Below, one piece after another: positions 1 through 12,655 of a stretch of 64,000 nt of DNA. Where the stretch lies: positions 5,734,016 to 5,798,015 of the forward strand of contig BFEA01000012.1 of assembly GCA_003427395.1 (NCBI GenBank). Direction: 5' to 3'. Position numbers and translations under genes: made by a program. Under the pieces are notes generated by a model. The model ran no database searches, was not told where the DNA came from, and saw only the letters and a list, made by a program, of their open reading frames with translations. The stretch's first letter is position 1, and each line of letters begins with the position of its first letter. The stretch comes from Chara braunii (taxonomy: Eukaryota; Plantae; Charophyceae).

Positions 1-320
1 CCTCCCTCGTCCCTCTCAGTCTTGTCTCACTTTTCTTCTCTTCTACTCTGCTCTCCTCTCCTCTCCTCTCCTCTCCTCACCTCTGCTCTGCTCTGACCTC
101 CTATCCTATCCTCCCCTCCACTCTCCACTCCTCTCCGCTCTTCTCCTCCTCTCCTCCTCTCCTCGTCTCTCCTCGTCTCTTCTCCTCTCCTCTCCTTTCT
201 TCTTCTCCCCTCTCCTCTCCTCTCCTCTCTTCTCTTTCCTCTTCACTTCTCTTCCCTTCTCTTCTCCTCTTCTCTTCTCCACTCCTCTAATCTTATCTTA
301 CCTTATCTTATCTATCTATT
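1..320. repeat. Degenerate pyrimidine-rich (CTCTC/CTT)n microsatellite
   Basis: Direct reading: ctcct/ctctt units, then (tctta)n. Confidence 0.9.
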
Positions 321-339
321 TGCCTAACCCAAAAAAGTT

Positions 340-1100
340 GAACAGATCCATGATTGCCCAACGACCAAACCTCACAAATCTATGAGGAAAAAGATCCTAG
401 TGCGAATATGCCCAGAGTCCATCAGCATTCCAATTTCCAACTCAGGATTTGTTTACTAGCAGTGTCCTGTATGTACCATTCACCCACTTAGCCCAAGTCT
501 GCTTGCACTATCATACCTTCTTTGAAAGAACCAACTTGACCATGTCACTGAGGATCTCCCTTGAGGCAACTTGGTTGTGGAAGTTGTCACCACAATTCTT
601 CATGCATGTATCCAATACCTGCAGAGGGGAACCAGAGGGCAAAAAGAACAAACAAGAAGATACAGAGAAGTAAAAGAGATAACATGAATATTCATGCATC
701 CAATACCTTCACATCCATACAAAAAGCCGAAAGTGCATTAGCTCAAAAAAGTGCAGTAAATGCCATATACCACTACATTCACATATGTGTCAGATCAACA
801 TGCTGCAGTCAACATGTACTCAAGCCTTGCATGCACCACCCACCCACCCTTCAGGCCATTGGATGGATTTTTTTCCCCCAATAGCATCCCTTTGAGAAAC
901 CTCAGGTCAAATTCATTTGCCAAATACCATCCCTATAAATCTCAAGTACATAAAAGAGGCAAGTGTAACGAACCCAAGGCGTAAAAGAGAGGCAAGTGTA
1001 ACGAACCCAATGTGGAGATGCTCACACCATTGACATCGTGCATGAACTCACAATACTCAATGATGACAATCAGACATAGGTAGCAAAGTAGATGAAGCAG
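340..1100 (-). pseudogene. VHS-domain TOM1-like (TOL) gene, decayed multi-exon remnant
   Basis: Exon 618-517 (cag|...|gtatga, 102 nt, phase 0) encodes VLDTCMKNCGDNFHNQVASREILSDMVKLVLSKK, a typical VHS segment. Neighbouring segments give IEYCEFMHD (~1070-1030), RFLKGMLLGEKNP (~932-850, frameshifted) and HIRTRIFFLIDL* (~420-372, stop where Trp is expected). Confidence 0.7.
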
Positions 1101-1544
1101 GAGCACAGCTGGGAAGCTGTGTGCACGTGCTGCGGAAGAATCTGATGGAGGGAGGAAGAGAGTGGAAAGGAACAGACGACGGAGAGCACACTCTCATCAG
1201 ACACAAGCAGCAAGCTGAACCAGGAACAACTGTGATCCAAGCGAGTCCACTGAAGGAATGAGAAACCAAGGAACACAACAATGCACCCAGACAGACAGGG
1301 GAAAAATGTGGACGCGGGGCCTAGCGATCCAGGAAAAAACGGTGTTCTGGAACACGGCCACTATGGCAAGACCGGGTGTGAGTGGGAAACAAAACACTCC
1401 TGAGGACTCGCATTTGTGAGGCGGAACTGCAGACATGAGATGCCATACGCCTACATGCCAAGCTGGGAGAGTGACATCGGGAGAACACACCAGGCAGTGC
1501 AAGGTGAGAGACCATTGCAATGAATTGCAGATATCTAGGCGCCA

Positions 1545-2888
1545 CAGGCACTTTGGAGTCAATCGTACGATTGGCCGACTTCACGAGCGTTTTTGGTGGC
1601 CCGGCCTTCTCGGCGACATGACACGCTATTGCGAGTCATGCAAGGTTTGCCAGCATTGCAAATCCCACAACCATCGCCCGTTCGACGAGTTGTGACCATT
1701 ACCGGTCCCTTTAGGACAACAGGAATCAATTGCCATGGACATCACCGGGCCATTTCCCAAGCATAAGACCAGTATGGATGGGATTCTCACAGTGGTCAAT
1801 CGACTCACCAGGTTTGCCATGGTTTTGCCTTGTCGCTATCACACCGAGGCACCAGAGTTGGCCGAGGTTCTCTATGCCGGTTGGATTCTTTCCAAGGGTT
1901 ACCCCAAGGAGATAGTTTGCGACCGCAACACTCGGTTCATGTCCGACTTTGGTTGGCTCTCATCAAACGATGGGGCTCGTCTCTCAAGACGAGTTCGGCT
2001 CGCCACCAACAAACCGATGGCCAAACGGAGGGGGCACATCAACCGCACAGGTTCTTCTTCGCACTCTCATTCCCCCCGACCAAAATGATTGGGTTGATCG
2101 GCTGCCGGACGTCGAGTTGGCCTACAACTCGTCTATTCATCCGGCTATCGGGATGTCGCCCTTTGACTTCGAGCATGGCTCGCCGGTCACATCACCGTTG
2201 GACACCATCATCCCACGGACGACCGAGAGCGACGACCACCTTGTCTTCATTCAACGCATGCAAGACCTCCTTGTCAAGGCACACGACCAGATGTCGAAGA
2301 CGCAGCAACACATGAGCTGTCAGGCCAATCGCCAGCGTCTTCGTTGCCCATTCCGCACGAGCGACCTTGTTTGGGTCTCCACCAGCGAATTCAGCCTCGA
2401 ACAAGATATCTCTCGCAAGCTCCTTCCAAAATGGATGGGGCCTTGGTGCATTGTAGCACCCGCTGGTGACGCACCCAAGGGACAATTTGTCATTCAGGTG
2501 CCCGCCCACTTGCCCGTCCACCCGGTTTTTCATTGTTCAAAGTTTACTCTTTTCGTTTCGGCGGAACACGACAACTTTCCCAGGCGACGATCGCAAGACC
2601 CACCCTCCATGGACTGTTTTCAGGAGGTTTGTGACATCATTTCGCAGTGCCGCTACGGCACCAAGCCGACGAGTACTTAGTACACTTTTCCTATTGCAGC
2701 CATAAGGCTGACCGTTGGTTGACCCATGTGGAACTTCAGGCTACAGCCCCCAATTTCCTCGCATGTTACGAACGCAAACAACAAGGCAAGCCGGCACCTT
2801 CGGCTCCACGCCATACTTGCGTCCCTGTTCAACCATCGGATCGTCAGCTTCGCCCTCGACCCGGCTCGACTTCATAAGGAGCGGGGGT
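1545..2888 (+). mobile_element. Ty3/Gypsy chromovirus pol remnant 1 (integrase + GPY/F + chromodomain), frameshifted
   Basis: HFGVNRT..RFWWPG..C..C zinc-binding part, MDITGPFP, IVCDR core, KLLPKWMGPW, chromodomain EYLVHF..DRWLT; G-rich PPT-like tract before the LTR. Confidence 0.92.
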
Positions 2889-3752
2889 TGTTACATGCTG
2901 AGCCTGCACACGGGCCCCGTTTTGGGGGCCCGATGGTTGCTGGAGGCCCCCGAACAGCGCGACACAGCGCTGCACTAAGGTGTAGAGGCATAGGTAGGAG
3001 GTGAGGCGGAGGCCATACCTGATGAGGCCGTACTTACCTGGGCGCCATAGCTGGACTCCACACAAGCGACCTGCACAGAGAGAGACGCCGGGGGCAGTTA
3101 CATGGCGGCAGTTACCTGCGGGTGACACAGCGAGGAGGACGATACCTCCTCCTCCTTAGTCTCGCCTTCCATCTCTTCTTCCTCCTTCCTCCTTTCTTGT
3201 TGTTGTTGTTGTTGTTGTTGTTGTTCTTCTTCTTCTTCTTCTTCTTCTTCTTCTTCTTCTTCTTCTTCTTCTTCTTCTTCTTCCACAGAGAGAGAGAGAG
3301 AGGTGTTACAGGCAGAGGATACATCGGGCCATGAGGCCCAAGATCTGATTCAACATTTTGTGGCAAACATTGATTGGACATTCGGCAGGGAGACTATTTT
3401 TGGACTTTGCTATCGTGATCTTGGTCTTCTCCCTCACCTCCATCTTCGTCTTGCCTGCCCCCCCCATCTCCTTATCCGTGGTATCTCCCCATGTGCGTGC
3501 TCGAGGGACCTTTCTTTAAAGTATCTGGTCCCTCCCCTCTCTCTCACATGTGTGATGGGGTGTCGCATCAGTATCTGATAGGTCAGGTCATATCTTTGAG
3601 TTTTCCGATGTGCTACATTATGCTATTTTCGTATGTATCTGGATGCACAATGCTTGTTGATGCTTTGCTAATGCTGCATTGTCCATTCGAGTCCTTTTCA
3701 TCACTTTGCGGATCCTTGGCTCCATATACATCGCTCGATCGAGCATGTATGA
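2889..3752 (+). mobile_element. LTR 1 of the chromovirus (TGTTACA...TGTATGA)
   Basis: Starts right after the PPT; homologous to 5572-6717; contains (TTG)n(TTC)n(AG)n tracts. Confidence 0.85.
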
Positions 3753-5571
3753 CCTTCGTACAAGCGCTCAAGCAGTGGCAGCATTTTCTTTTGGTCGAAG
3801 TCAATTCCGATGCGTAACGGATAATCCGTTGGACTTTTACAAGACCCAACACACCGTTAATAGTACCATCGCCCGTTGGATGGCTTTCATTGACCAGTTT
3901 AACTTTTCCTCCGATCACATTCCGGGAAAGTCGAACCCTTTTGCGAACGCCCTTTCATAGCGCCCAGACCTTTGAACCGTCGTCTACTCGACTTCTGAGG
4001 TTGACGACGACTTGCGGGACAGCTTCATCCGCAGCTACCAAGTCAATCCCGAGTTTTGCGACAAGTACGCGAATTGCTCCTCTCCAAATCCCACGCCATC
4101 ACATTATCGGATCCAAGAGGGCTATTTGCTAGTCCACTCACGGGGGAAGGATCTTCTTTATGTGCCAAGTGATCCACGCTTGCATACACAGCTTCTTGAC
4201 GAGTTCTACGACGCTCCCACCAGCGGACACTTTGGAGTCAATCGTACGATTGGCCCACTTAGCGAGCGCTTTTGGTGGCCCGGCCTTCTTGGCGACGTCA
4301 CACCCTATTGCGAGTCATGCAAGGTTTGCCGGCGTTGCAAATCCTGCAACCATCATCCGTTCAACGAGTTGCAACCATTACCGGTCCCCTTAGGACAACA
4401 GGAATTGATTGCCATTAACATCACCAGGCCGCTTCCTAAGCACAAGACCAGTATGGATGGGATTCACACAGAGTCGATTGAGTCACCAAGTTCGCCATGT
4501 TTTTGCCTTGCCGCTATCACGCCAAGGCAGCGAAGTTGTCCGAGGTTCTTTACGCCTGTTGGATTCACACCAAGGGTTATCCCAAGGAGATCATTTGTGA
4601 CCGCGACACTCGGTTCATGCCCAACTTTTGGTTGGCTCTCATCAAACGATGGGGCTCATCTCTCACGCCGAGTTCGGCTCGCCACCCACAAACCGAAGGC
4701 CACACGGAGAGGGCGCATCAAACAGCACAGATTCTTTTTCGCACTCTCATTCATCCCGACCAAAAGGATTGGGTTGAGCGGCTGTCGAACGTCGAGTTGG
4801 CTTACAACTCGTCCATTCATCCGGCTATCAGGATGTCGCCCTTTGAGCTCGATCATGGCTCGCCGGTCACATCGTCGTTGGACACCATCATCCCATGGGC
4901 GACCGAGAGCGACGACCACCTGTCTTCATCCGACGGATGCAAGAGCTCCTGGTCAAGGCACGAGACCAGATGTCGAAGACGCAGCACCGCATGAGCCGAC
5001 AAACCAATAACCAGCGTCTTCCTTGTCTGTTCCACGCGGTTGACCTCATTTGGGTCTTTGTCGCGGAATTCAGCCTCGAGCAGGATATCTCTCGCAAGCT
5101 CCTCCCGAAATCGATGGGGCCTTGGCGCATTGTAGCACTCGCTGGTGACACACCCAAAGGCCCTTTATTTGTCATTCAGGTGCCCGCCTACTTGCCCGTC
5201 CACCCGGTCTTTCATTGTTCCAAATTCGCTCTTTTCGTTTCGGTAGAACGCGACGACTTTCCAGGGAACAATCACAAAACCCACACTCCATGGATGGTTT
5301 TCAAGAGATTAGCGATATCATTTCGCAGCGGCGCTATGGCACCAAACCGACAGAGTACTTAGTACACTTCCCCTGTTGCAGCCACAAGGCTGACCGTTGG
5401 TTGACCCACGCGGAACTTCAGGCTACAGCCCCCAATGTCCTCGCACGTTACGAACGCAAACAGCAAGGCAAGACGATAGCTTCGGTTCCACGCTGTACTC
5501 GTGTCCAGGTTCCACCATCGGATCATCAGCTTCGCCCTCGACCCGGCTTGACTTCATCAGGTGTGGGGGGG
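3753..5571 (+). mobile_element. Ty3/Gypsy chromovirus pol remnant 2 (RNase H end + integrase + chromodomain)
   Basis: QALKQWQHFL..TDNPL..ARWMAFIDQF..HIPGKSN RNase H motifs, then a close paralogue of 1545-2888 with stops and frameshifts. Confidence 0.92.
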
Positions 5572-6003
5572 TGTTACATGCTGAGCCTGCACGCAACCTG
5601 GAGGCCCACGGCCACGTTTTGGGCCGCAGGTTTTACATTGGAGGTAGCATTTATGTATCTATTTACTTATTTATTTTCTATTGTTTGTCTGTTGTAGGGC
5701 GACGTTTCGGACTTGCGAGGTCCGAACAGACTTCGGCCACTTTCTGGGCCTCCTTCGTGACTCGGCCCTTTGAAGCCAGGTTCAGTATCGTCCGCTAGCA
5801 GGACGAAGGTCTGGATGTCCGGTAGGGACCCAGGCCGAGTAGGCCATTTCAGGCCGGGGCCAAGGGCACACCAGCAAGCCCAGCGCTATACATAGTTGGG
5901 CCAGGCCAGGGCACACAGACAGTTCGAGTAGCGCACTTCTTGGTCGAAACGCTTCTGGAGCAGCGCGGCACGGCGCTGCGCTAGAGGTAGAGGAGTAGGT
6001 GGG

Positions 6004-6066
<63 letters not shown>

Positions 6067-6717
6067 GGTGGCATACCTGCTGAGGCGGCACTTAGTTGGG
6101 CACCATAGCCAGACATCCTACCGACAACCTGCGGCGCCAGCGACACGTGGTGGCAGTTTCCTTCAGGTGAGACAGCGAGGAGGGCGACATTCTTCTTCCT
6201 CGCCCTCCGCTCCCATTTCTTCTTCTTCTTCTTCTTCTTCTTCTTCTTCTTCTTCCCCTTCTTCTTTCAGAGAGAGAGAGAGAGTTTACAAGCAGAGGTT
6301 ACATCGGGCTATGAAGCCCAGGATCTGATTCGACATTTTCATGGCAGACATTGATTGGACATTCGGCGGGGAGACTATTTTTGGACTTCGCTATCGCGAC
6401 CTTGGTCTTCTCCCTCCTCTCCATCTTCATCTCGCCTCTCCCCCATCTCCTCATCCGTGGTATCTCCCCGTGTGCGTGCTCAAGGAGGGCCCTTTCCTCT
6501 CTCACATGTTTGGTGTATGATGGGGTGTCGCGTCAGTATCTGACAGGTCAGGTCATATCTTTGAGTCTTCCGCTGCGCTCCAATGTGCTATTTTCCTATG
6601 CATCTGGATGTACATTGCTTGTCGATGCTTCGCTGATGCCGCATTGTCCATTCGAGTCGTTTTCATCACTTTGCGGATCCATGGTTCCATATACATCTCT
6701 CGACTGAGCATGTATCA
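5572..6717 (+). mobile_element. LTR 2 of the chromovirus (TGTTACA...TGTATCA)
   Basis: TG...CA termini with a short terminal inverted repeat; follows the G-rich PPT; homologous to LTR 1. Confidence 0.88.
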
Positions 6718-8210
6718 TGTACACTGAACTCCAGTTACAGAGGGGCCGGGATAGGCCGCTGAGTGGGAGTGTGGTGGGTGAACACTGTGCGGGATGGGTT
6801 GACCAACACTGGACAAGGAGGCCCCTTGAGACACACGACGTTCCCACTGCACGACGGGGCGGGAGTTGCCCTAAGATGAAGTCAAAGGTAGAGACAATGG
6901 AGCCGCGAGAGATTCATTCAAACAGATCCTCTGGCACAACCATGAGAATGCAAGATATTCATTTCTGTGATAATAGTAGATTCTATCTAAGTCAGGATCA
7001 GATATAAATCCATTTTGTCAGCAGCCACCTGGCACAGCAGTTGGGTGTGTCAAGGAACGGTGCACACATTCAATATATCCACAGATTATGTTCTCACTAT
7101 CGAGTTCGATTTACAGCCATATGTAACATGCTTATGTGCGATTGACCAGCTGCAGCAGACAATAGATGAGTTGTGGCAAAGAGAGACTCTTCTACAGTCA
7201 GCACCCTCGTATGCACACATGCTGGGAAATACCCCATCTACATCAGGAACATAATGACACGAGCTTTCTGCATAACGGCAAGCAGGTCACAGTGTACGTG
7301 CTTCGTGGCTGGATGGTACATGTCTAAATCTTGATAAACGGTTCAGAATCTTCAGATCTTAACGGATATGATAATGCATTTGAAATCTCTTCTTTTTTTC
7401 AGACACACCTGTATTCTCCTCTCAACTTCACCTTTCACTACCTACCTACCACTACTCCTAATCCTATGCAGGGGACCCCTACAAGCATAGCTACCTCTCA
7501 CAATTAAGGTGATGCCTGTTGTCCCCTGTCCTAATCGGCGGTGGTCAGGGTGCGGTCACCAGTGCGGGGGCCGGCTAACGCAAAGACCGCGCATTTTGCC
7601 ACTAGCTTTGCCTCCCATCTACTTCCCCCACCCCCACTAGTAACAGCAGTGTCTATGGAACACACCACACTTAAAATCTTCATAGATACAAGTGGACCCG
7701 CCGCGGCAACGCCGCGGCCACAAGAGCGGGAGCCATGAAGGAGGCCGAAGGAACGGGAGGGCTTCATCAACACCGTCAAGGAATTTTTGAAACAAAAAAA
7801 GAAGCACAAAAGCCATGGCATGTTTACTGTTCGATGGGAAAATAAAAACAATTCCGTGTTCTCAAAAGACAGTGGTCATCAAAAAAAAAACTAAAGAATG
7901 ACACCAATTGATATGGAAGAATCCTTTCCCCCAGGGAAAAAGGTGCCATGATCAGCAGTCCTTTTTCGCCTGTCTCGGATGTCCACCACCCCTTTGTCTT
8001 CATCACTTCTTCATTCTCTTTGTCTGTCTAGTTCCCCGTCCTAGTCCTACGTTCCCAACATCCTTTTTCTCTTTCTTCACGCCCTCTACTATGTCCTCCC
8101 CCTCCTCCTCCTCCAATTCTTGCTTCAAGTCCCCCTCTTCCTTCTTTGTGTCCCTCCTTTAACTCCATCCTCGCTCATAGCTTCCACCAGATCCTTCATT
8201 CTCCTCCACC

Positions 8211-8212
<2 letters not shown>

Positions 8213-8273
<61 letters not shown>

Positions 8274-8553
8274 NNNNNNNNNNNNNNNNNNNNNNNNNNN
8301 NNNNNNNNNNNNNNNNNNNNNNNNNNNNNNNNNNNNNNNNNNNNNNNNNNNNNNNNNNNNNNNNNNNNNNNNNNNNNNNNNNNNNNNNNNNNNNNNNNNN
8401 NNNNNNNNNNNNNNNNNNNNNNNNNNNNNNNNNNNNNNNNNNNNNNNNNNNNNNNNNNNNNNNNNNNNNNNNNNNNNNNNNNNNNNNNNNNNNNNNNNNN
8501 NNNNNNNNNNNNNNNNNNNNNNNNNNNNNNNNNNNNNNNNNNNNNNNNNNNNN

Positions 8554-8605
<52 letters not shown>

Positions 8606-8625
8606 TACACATACACACACACACT
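8213..8625. repeat. (CT)n - assembly gap - (CA)n microsatellite block
   Basis: Direct reading; N run 8274-8553. Confidence 0.95.
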
Positions 8626-8628
8626 CAA

Positions 8629-8745
8629 AGGGCATCACTCTGCTACTGACTGTGTACAATACGGGAGTGAATCTTCCACGAGAACATTGAAAGATACATC
8701 ACCATAATTTTTGGCGTTCTCGCTCATTGAGTGGCGCCGTCGTTG
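8629..8745 (-). mobile_element. Decayed copy of the ~128-bp Tourist-like MITE (see 58854)
   Basis: gagtgaatcttccacgagaacattgaaagatacatc matches the reverse complement of the MITE core. Confidence 0.6.
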
Positions 8746-8974
8746 TCGTCGCAACTTTCCTAGCAGTCGGCCTGCGCAATTGTTTCCCTTCCTATGAGCT
8801 CCTATTTTCCTTCCCATCCCTCACTTCCTCACCCCTCTCCTGATCCTTCTCACTTCCTCCCTCTGCATCCTCGTTCTGACGTTCGAACCACAGCCCCTGC
8901 CTTGCTCTGTATCTGGCTATGTTCACAGCCAGATTCAGACAACAATAGTAGAGAGAGAGAGAGAGAGAGACCCC

Positions 8975-9253
8975 CACTCAGCTGTCCACGTCCATCCGCG
9001 CCCTTGGTCACCGCGCCCCCGTGGGTTCTTTTCCGGGCCCTGGCCCCGATCGGCTCCGCTGGCCCGCCGAGGCCGACCGACGAGTTTGCCCCTTGGCCCC
9101 GCCTGGCCCTGTCTGCTTTTTGCCCCTCAAGTTTCTTTGGGTCCTGGGCAGTTCCACTCGCGCCCCTTGCGGCGGCCCCCGCCCAGGTTCCCAACACTAG
9201 AGACCGGGTCTCTCGCGGGGCGTCACGCGAGACCCCCTGTTTCCTTTAGTAGT
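8975..9253. mobile_element. GC-rich putative DNA-transposon terminus (CACTA-like end)
   Basis: Many ggcccc sub-repeats, a hairpin ggtctctcgcg..cgcgagacc, and an end whose reverse complement reads tACTACTAAAGGAAACAGG. Confidence 0.3.
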
Positions 9254-9764
9254 ATGTAGATGTAGATGTAGATGTAGATGTAGAAAACAACACTTGGGGA
9301 AAACAAAGGAAAAGGAAGAAGAGGTACATGATACAGCTCGAATCTTGATGGATGCAACAACAAAGGGGCTAACCCACTTCAGGTAAGAAAAAATTCAAAA
9401 ATATATATAAAAAATCATAGTTTTGGCCACTATACATAGCTGTAACGAGCACACAATTTGAATTTTGATGGATACAACAATGTCAGGGGCCAACCCACTC
9501 CTGGGGGGAAAAAACAGATCAAAGATCATAGTGTCAGGATAGTATATACCGTTAGGGTGAGCATCTGAACAGCAACATTTTTTTCCTGCAAGCGCTTCCG
9601 GAGAGCCTTTACCGCTTCTTTTGCTTCCCTGTGTCAAAAAGCAAACCACAACACAAAGTCAGTCAAGATATGCAGCCCATGTGGATGAATAGTACACATG
9701 TAAATGTTGAGTTGAAATTCTGATGGAGCCAGATGGATACGATAAGTTTTAAAAAGGTGGTTAG

Positions 9765-10025
9765 TTGCAGCGCCTAACCGGGCCTGCTGGGCGACTTACT
9801 CGGGGGGTCTCCAGCCCAGGTCAACCAAGGAATGTAAGAATGCCAGGAATTTTCGTTATTTTTTTTGTCAGTAGCGGCTTTTCTGCGACCACAGAAAGCA
9901 GCTCGTATCCAAGATCTCGTTTTTCCCTGTTGTCGATTTGGGGGGAGAAGAGGGTATAAATGGGGTTTAAACTAAGAAGGGTTTTCAAAGGCGGCACCTT
10001 AGTTTGATTCGACCCTCAGCCAGAC
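9765..10025. repeat. Dispersed repeat, homologous to 15640-15945
   Basis: Both share gtataaat..ggggtttaaa..gaccctcagcca and GC-rich cccagg/ccggg units. Confidence 0.55.
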
Positions 10026-10279
10026 GATGATTGCATTCTTCGAATTCTTTCTGGAGTGAAATGAACCAAGTACTCGTCAAGCTCTACCTCACATACATCA
10101 AATGAACAGTCACACGAGAGTTCACACTTGAGAAGCCAAAGCCGAGATACAATCAACACATGAAGAAGTCACCTCCAAAATTATTATTATTATACAAGAA
10201 ATGCTAGTCTCCAGCGGCTCTGCCGCACACACACGCACACTCAATTTCGGCAGATCCCAACTGAGCGGCGACTATGGCT

Positions 10280-10329
<50 letters not shown>

Positions 10330-10330
10330 N

Positions 10331-10387
<57 letters not shown>

Positions 10388-11334
10388 GGTCTCTCTCTGC
10401 AGTCGAACTCTTCTTTCTTACTTGGCTCGCTTTGCCTCACTCTCTCTGCCTCTACCCTGGATCGTAACCCTGGATACACCCACTCAGGTGAGCTTCACAC
10501 CCGGCGGCTATGGCAGCCCTACTCCCTATTCGTCTACCCGAGCTATGGAGTGGCTTCAAGCGCACCCTTCCTCCTCAGGTGTGAAGTGCCCAAGTTGCCT
10601 TAACGCACAAGCAGAAGCAGCACTTCCACATCTTGCAATTGAACAAGTGATAAGCCGCTGCACTGTAGCAGCTAAATATAGGACTGGACTTGGCTTGGCC
10701 TGCTTCAGACCGGTACTGGTCGGCCGCAACCTGTCTGCAGCAAACATTTTGTCAGACTGGTAGCTTCCGGACTTTCCTGGTACATGCTGCAAAACTGGAC
10801 TTGGGACTGCGGGTACGGGCGGACTCCTCGGTACCGGTGCCTACAGACCTACAACACTTCGACCTGGGGACCCTACGACCTCCTACTGGGACAGCCTGGG
10901 ACCTGGGTTGTCTGGGACTGTTCAGGACCATGGTACCGGGACACGGGGTGTTACGGCGTAAATACTTTCAGGATAATATTTCACTTTCATTTAGTCCAAG
11001 GAACCACACAATAAGAACATTCCATATTAGAAGACCAAACATGATTGAGCCAAGTTGAAAGCAGAAAACCAAAGCAGAATGCACACCAATCAGGATCAAA
11101 CAGAAGAACACTGAAGTGCCTTGATGAAGCAAGCCCGACATCCGCATCCAATCATCAATGGAACAACAAATCATCAATGGAACAACAATGTCGTAGCCCC
11201 ACTTGGGGTCGACTGCCCCAATCTACTTCCAACTACCTCTACTCATGCTAGCCTCTACCTCACTCTCTCCCAACACCAGGTAAGAACCACCAGTCCCCAC
11301 TGCCTTCATTCTTCCCTGACCTCCACACTCTGCC

Positions 11335-11745
11335 ATTCAGCTTCCCTGCGCCCACTTATGGATGGCACTCGCTACAGCCACCCCAGCTGCTATCCTTCTT
11401 TGGGCGCTGCCTTCTGCTCACTGCGCAGCAGCGCTCACACACTCAGCTTCCCCGCCCAAATGTCCTCTGCCTGGCAGCCTCCAGACTTTTTGTGCTTCCA
11501 GACCCTTGCTACAGCCACCCCAGCTTCCCTGCCCCCAGCTATGGATGGCACTCGCAACAGCGCTCACACCACTCAGCTTCCCTGTGCCCAGCTATGGATG
11601 GCACTCGCTACAGCCACCCAAGCTGCTATACTTCTTTGGGCACTGCATTCTGCTCACTGTGCAACAGCGCTCACGCCACTCAGCTTCCCCGCCCAAATGT
11701 CCTATGCCTGGCAGCCTCCAGACCTTTTGTGCTTGCAGACCCAGT
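11335..11745. repeat. Tandem duplication (~237-bp period) with internal sub-repeats
   Basis: cagcttccc..tatggatggcactcgctacagccacc..cccaaatgtcct..ggcagcctccagac occurs at ~11335 and ~11572. Confidence 0.85.
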
Positions 11746-12299
11746 ACGCAGTGCCTGCAGCCTAGAGGGACAGCGTTCAGGTCCCAGCCTCTGTAACTAA
11801 CTCACAGGCCGGGTCTACCAGCTAGTTACAGAGGTTGGCTCCCGGCAAACAACCCACATAGGACCCCTGTCGCCCTTCACTTAGGCCCGGTGTGAATATT
11901 CCAGGCTCGCCTTCGCCTAGGGCGGCCTGGACATATTTCCCATGGCAGCCCTAGGCCACAGAGGCCTGGAGCCAGCCATGGTTTTTTTTTTTTTATTATT
12001 TATTATTTGGCAGGCTACAGCTGGGCCGCCCGGGTCATCTCGTTTGCCTGGGCGGCCCGGCCGCGCAAGGGCCAAAGGTCCCAGCAAAAAATAATAATAA
12101 TAAATAAAGATAAAAATCTGAAAAAATTAAAAAAAATATATTACGCAGAAAAATAAACTGAAATACTTTTGCCTCAGGGTCACATCAAAATTCCTTACCA
12201 AATTTCAAATGTTTTTTATTATTATTATTTTTATAAGTTATTTTTGGCCCAGACAGGCAAGTGATCCCGGGCCACTCTGGTAGGCAGTGGTAGCCTGGT

Positions 12300-12655
12300 T
12301 CTTTTCTCCAAAATACCCCCATAAGTTGGGAAATGTGCCTTGATGACCCTGAAAGATGTGGGTTGACCAGAACCCTTTTGGGCCAAAATCTTTTGAGTTA
12401 TGCCCCTGTCAGGCCGGTGCGCAAATTTGCAATGTGGACCTCCCCATTTGGGCCTTGGCCTTTTGCAATCCGGTCTGGAAAAGTTGGGAAGTACCACTGT
12501 ACCGGGGCATTTTGCAAAGTTGGACGTACCCAGTAGGGGTATATTCCAAAGATGGGGGTTCCAACCGACACCAAGGGTATTTCACAAAACATGTTTTTGT
12601 CAGAGGGGCATTCCACTCTATTCACATCTTTTATGGGCATTTTGGTATATATCTG
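12300..12655. mobile_element. Decayed Mutator-like MITE
   Basis: Imperfect TIRs ccaaaatacccc.. / ..gggcattttgg, same style as the cleaner MITE at 20557. Confidence 0.5.

Noticed and set aside
8120-8707. Long ORFs spanning N gaps and (CT)n/(CA)n tracts (also near 22.7, 25.8, 33.7 and 61.2 kb)
   Set aside because: Artefacts of gaps and microsatellites.
11121-11800. 214-aa repetitive ORF
   Set aside because: Open in all three frames because it is a C-rich tandem repeat.
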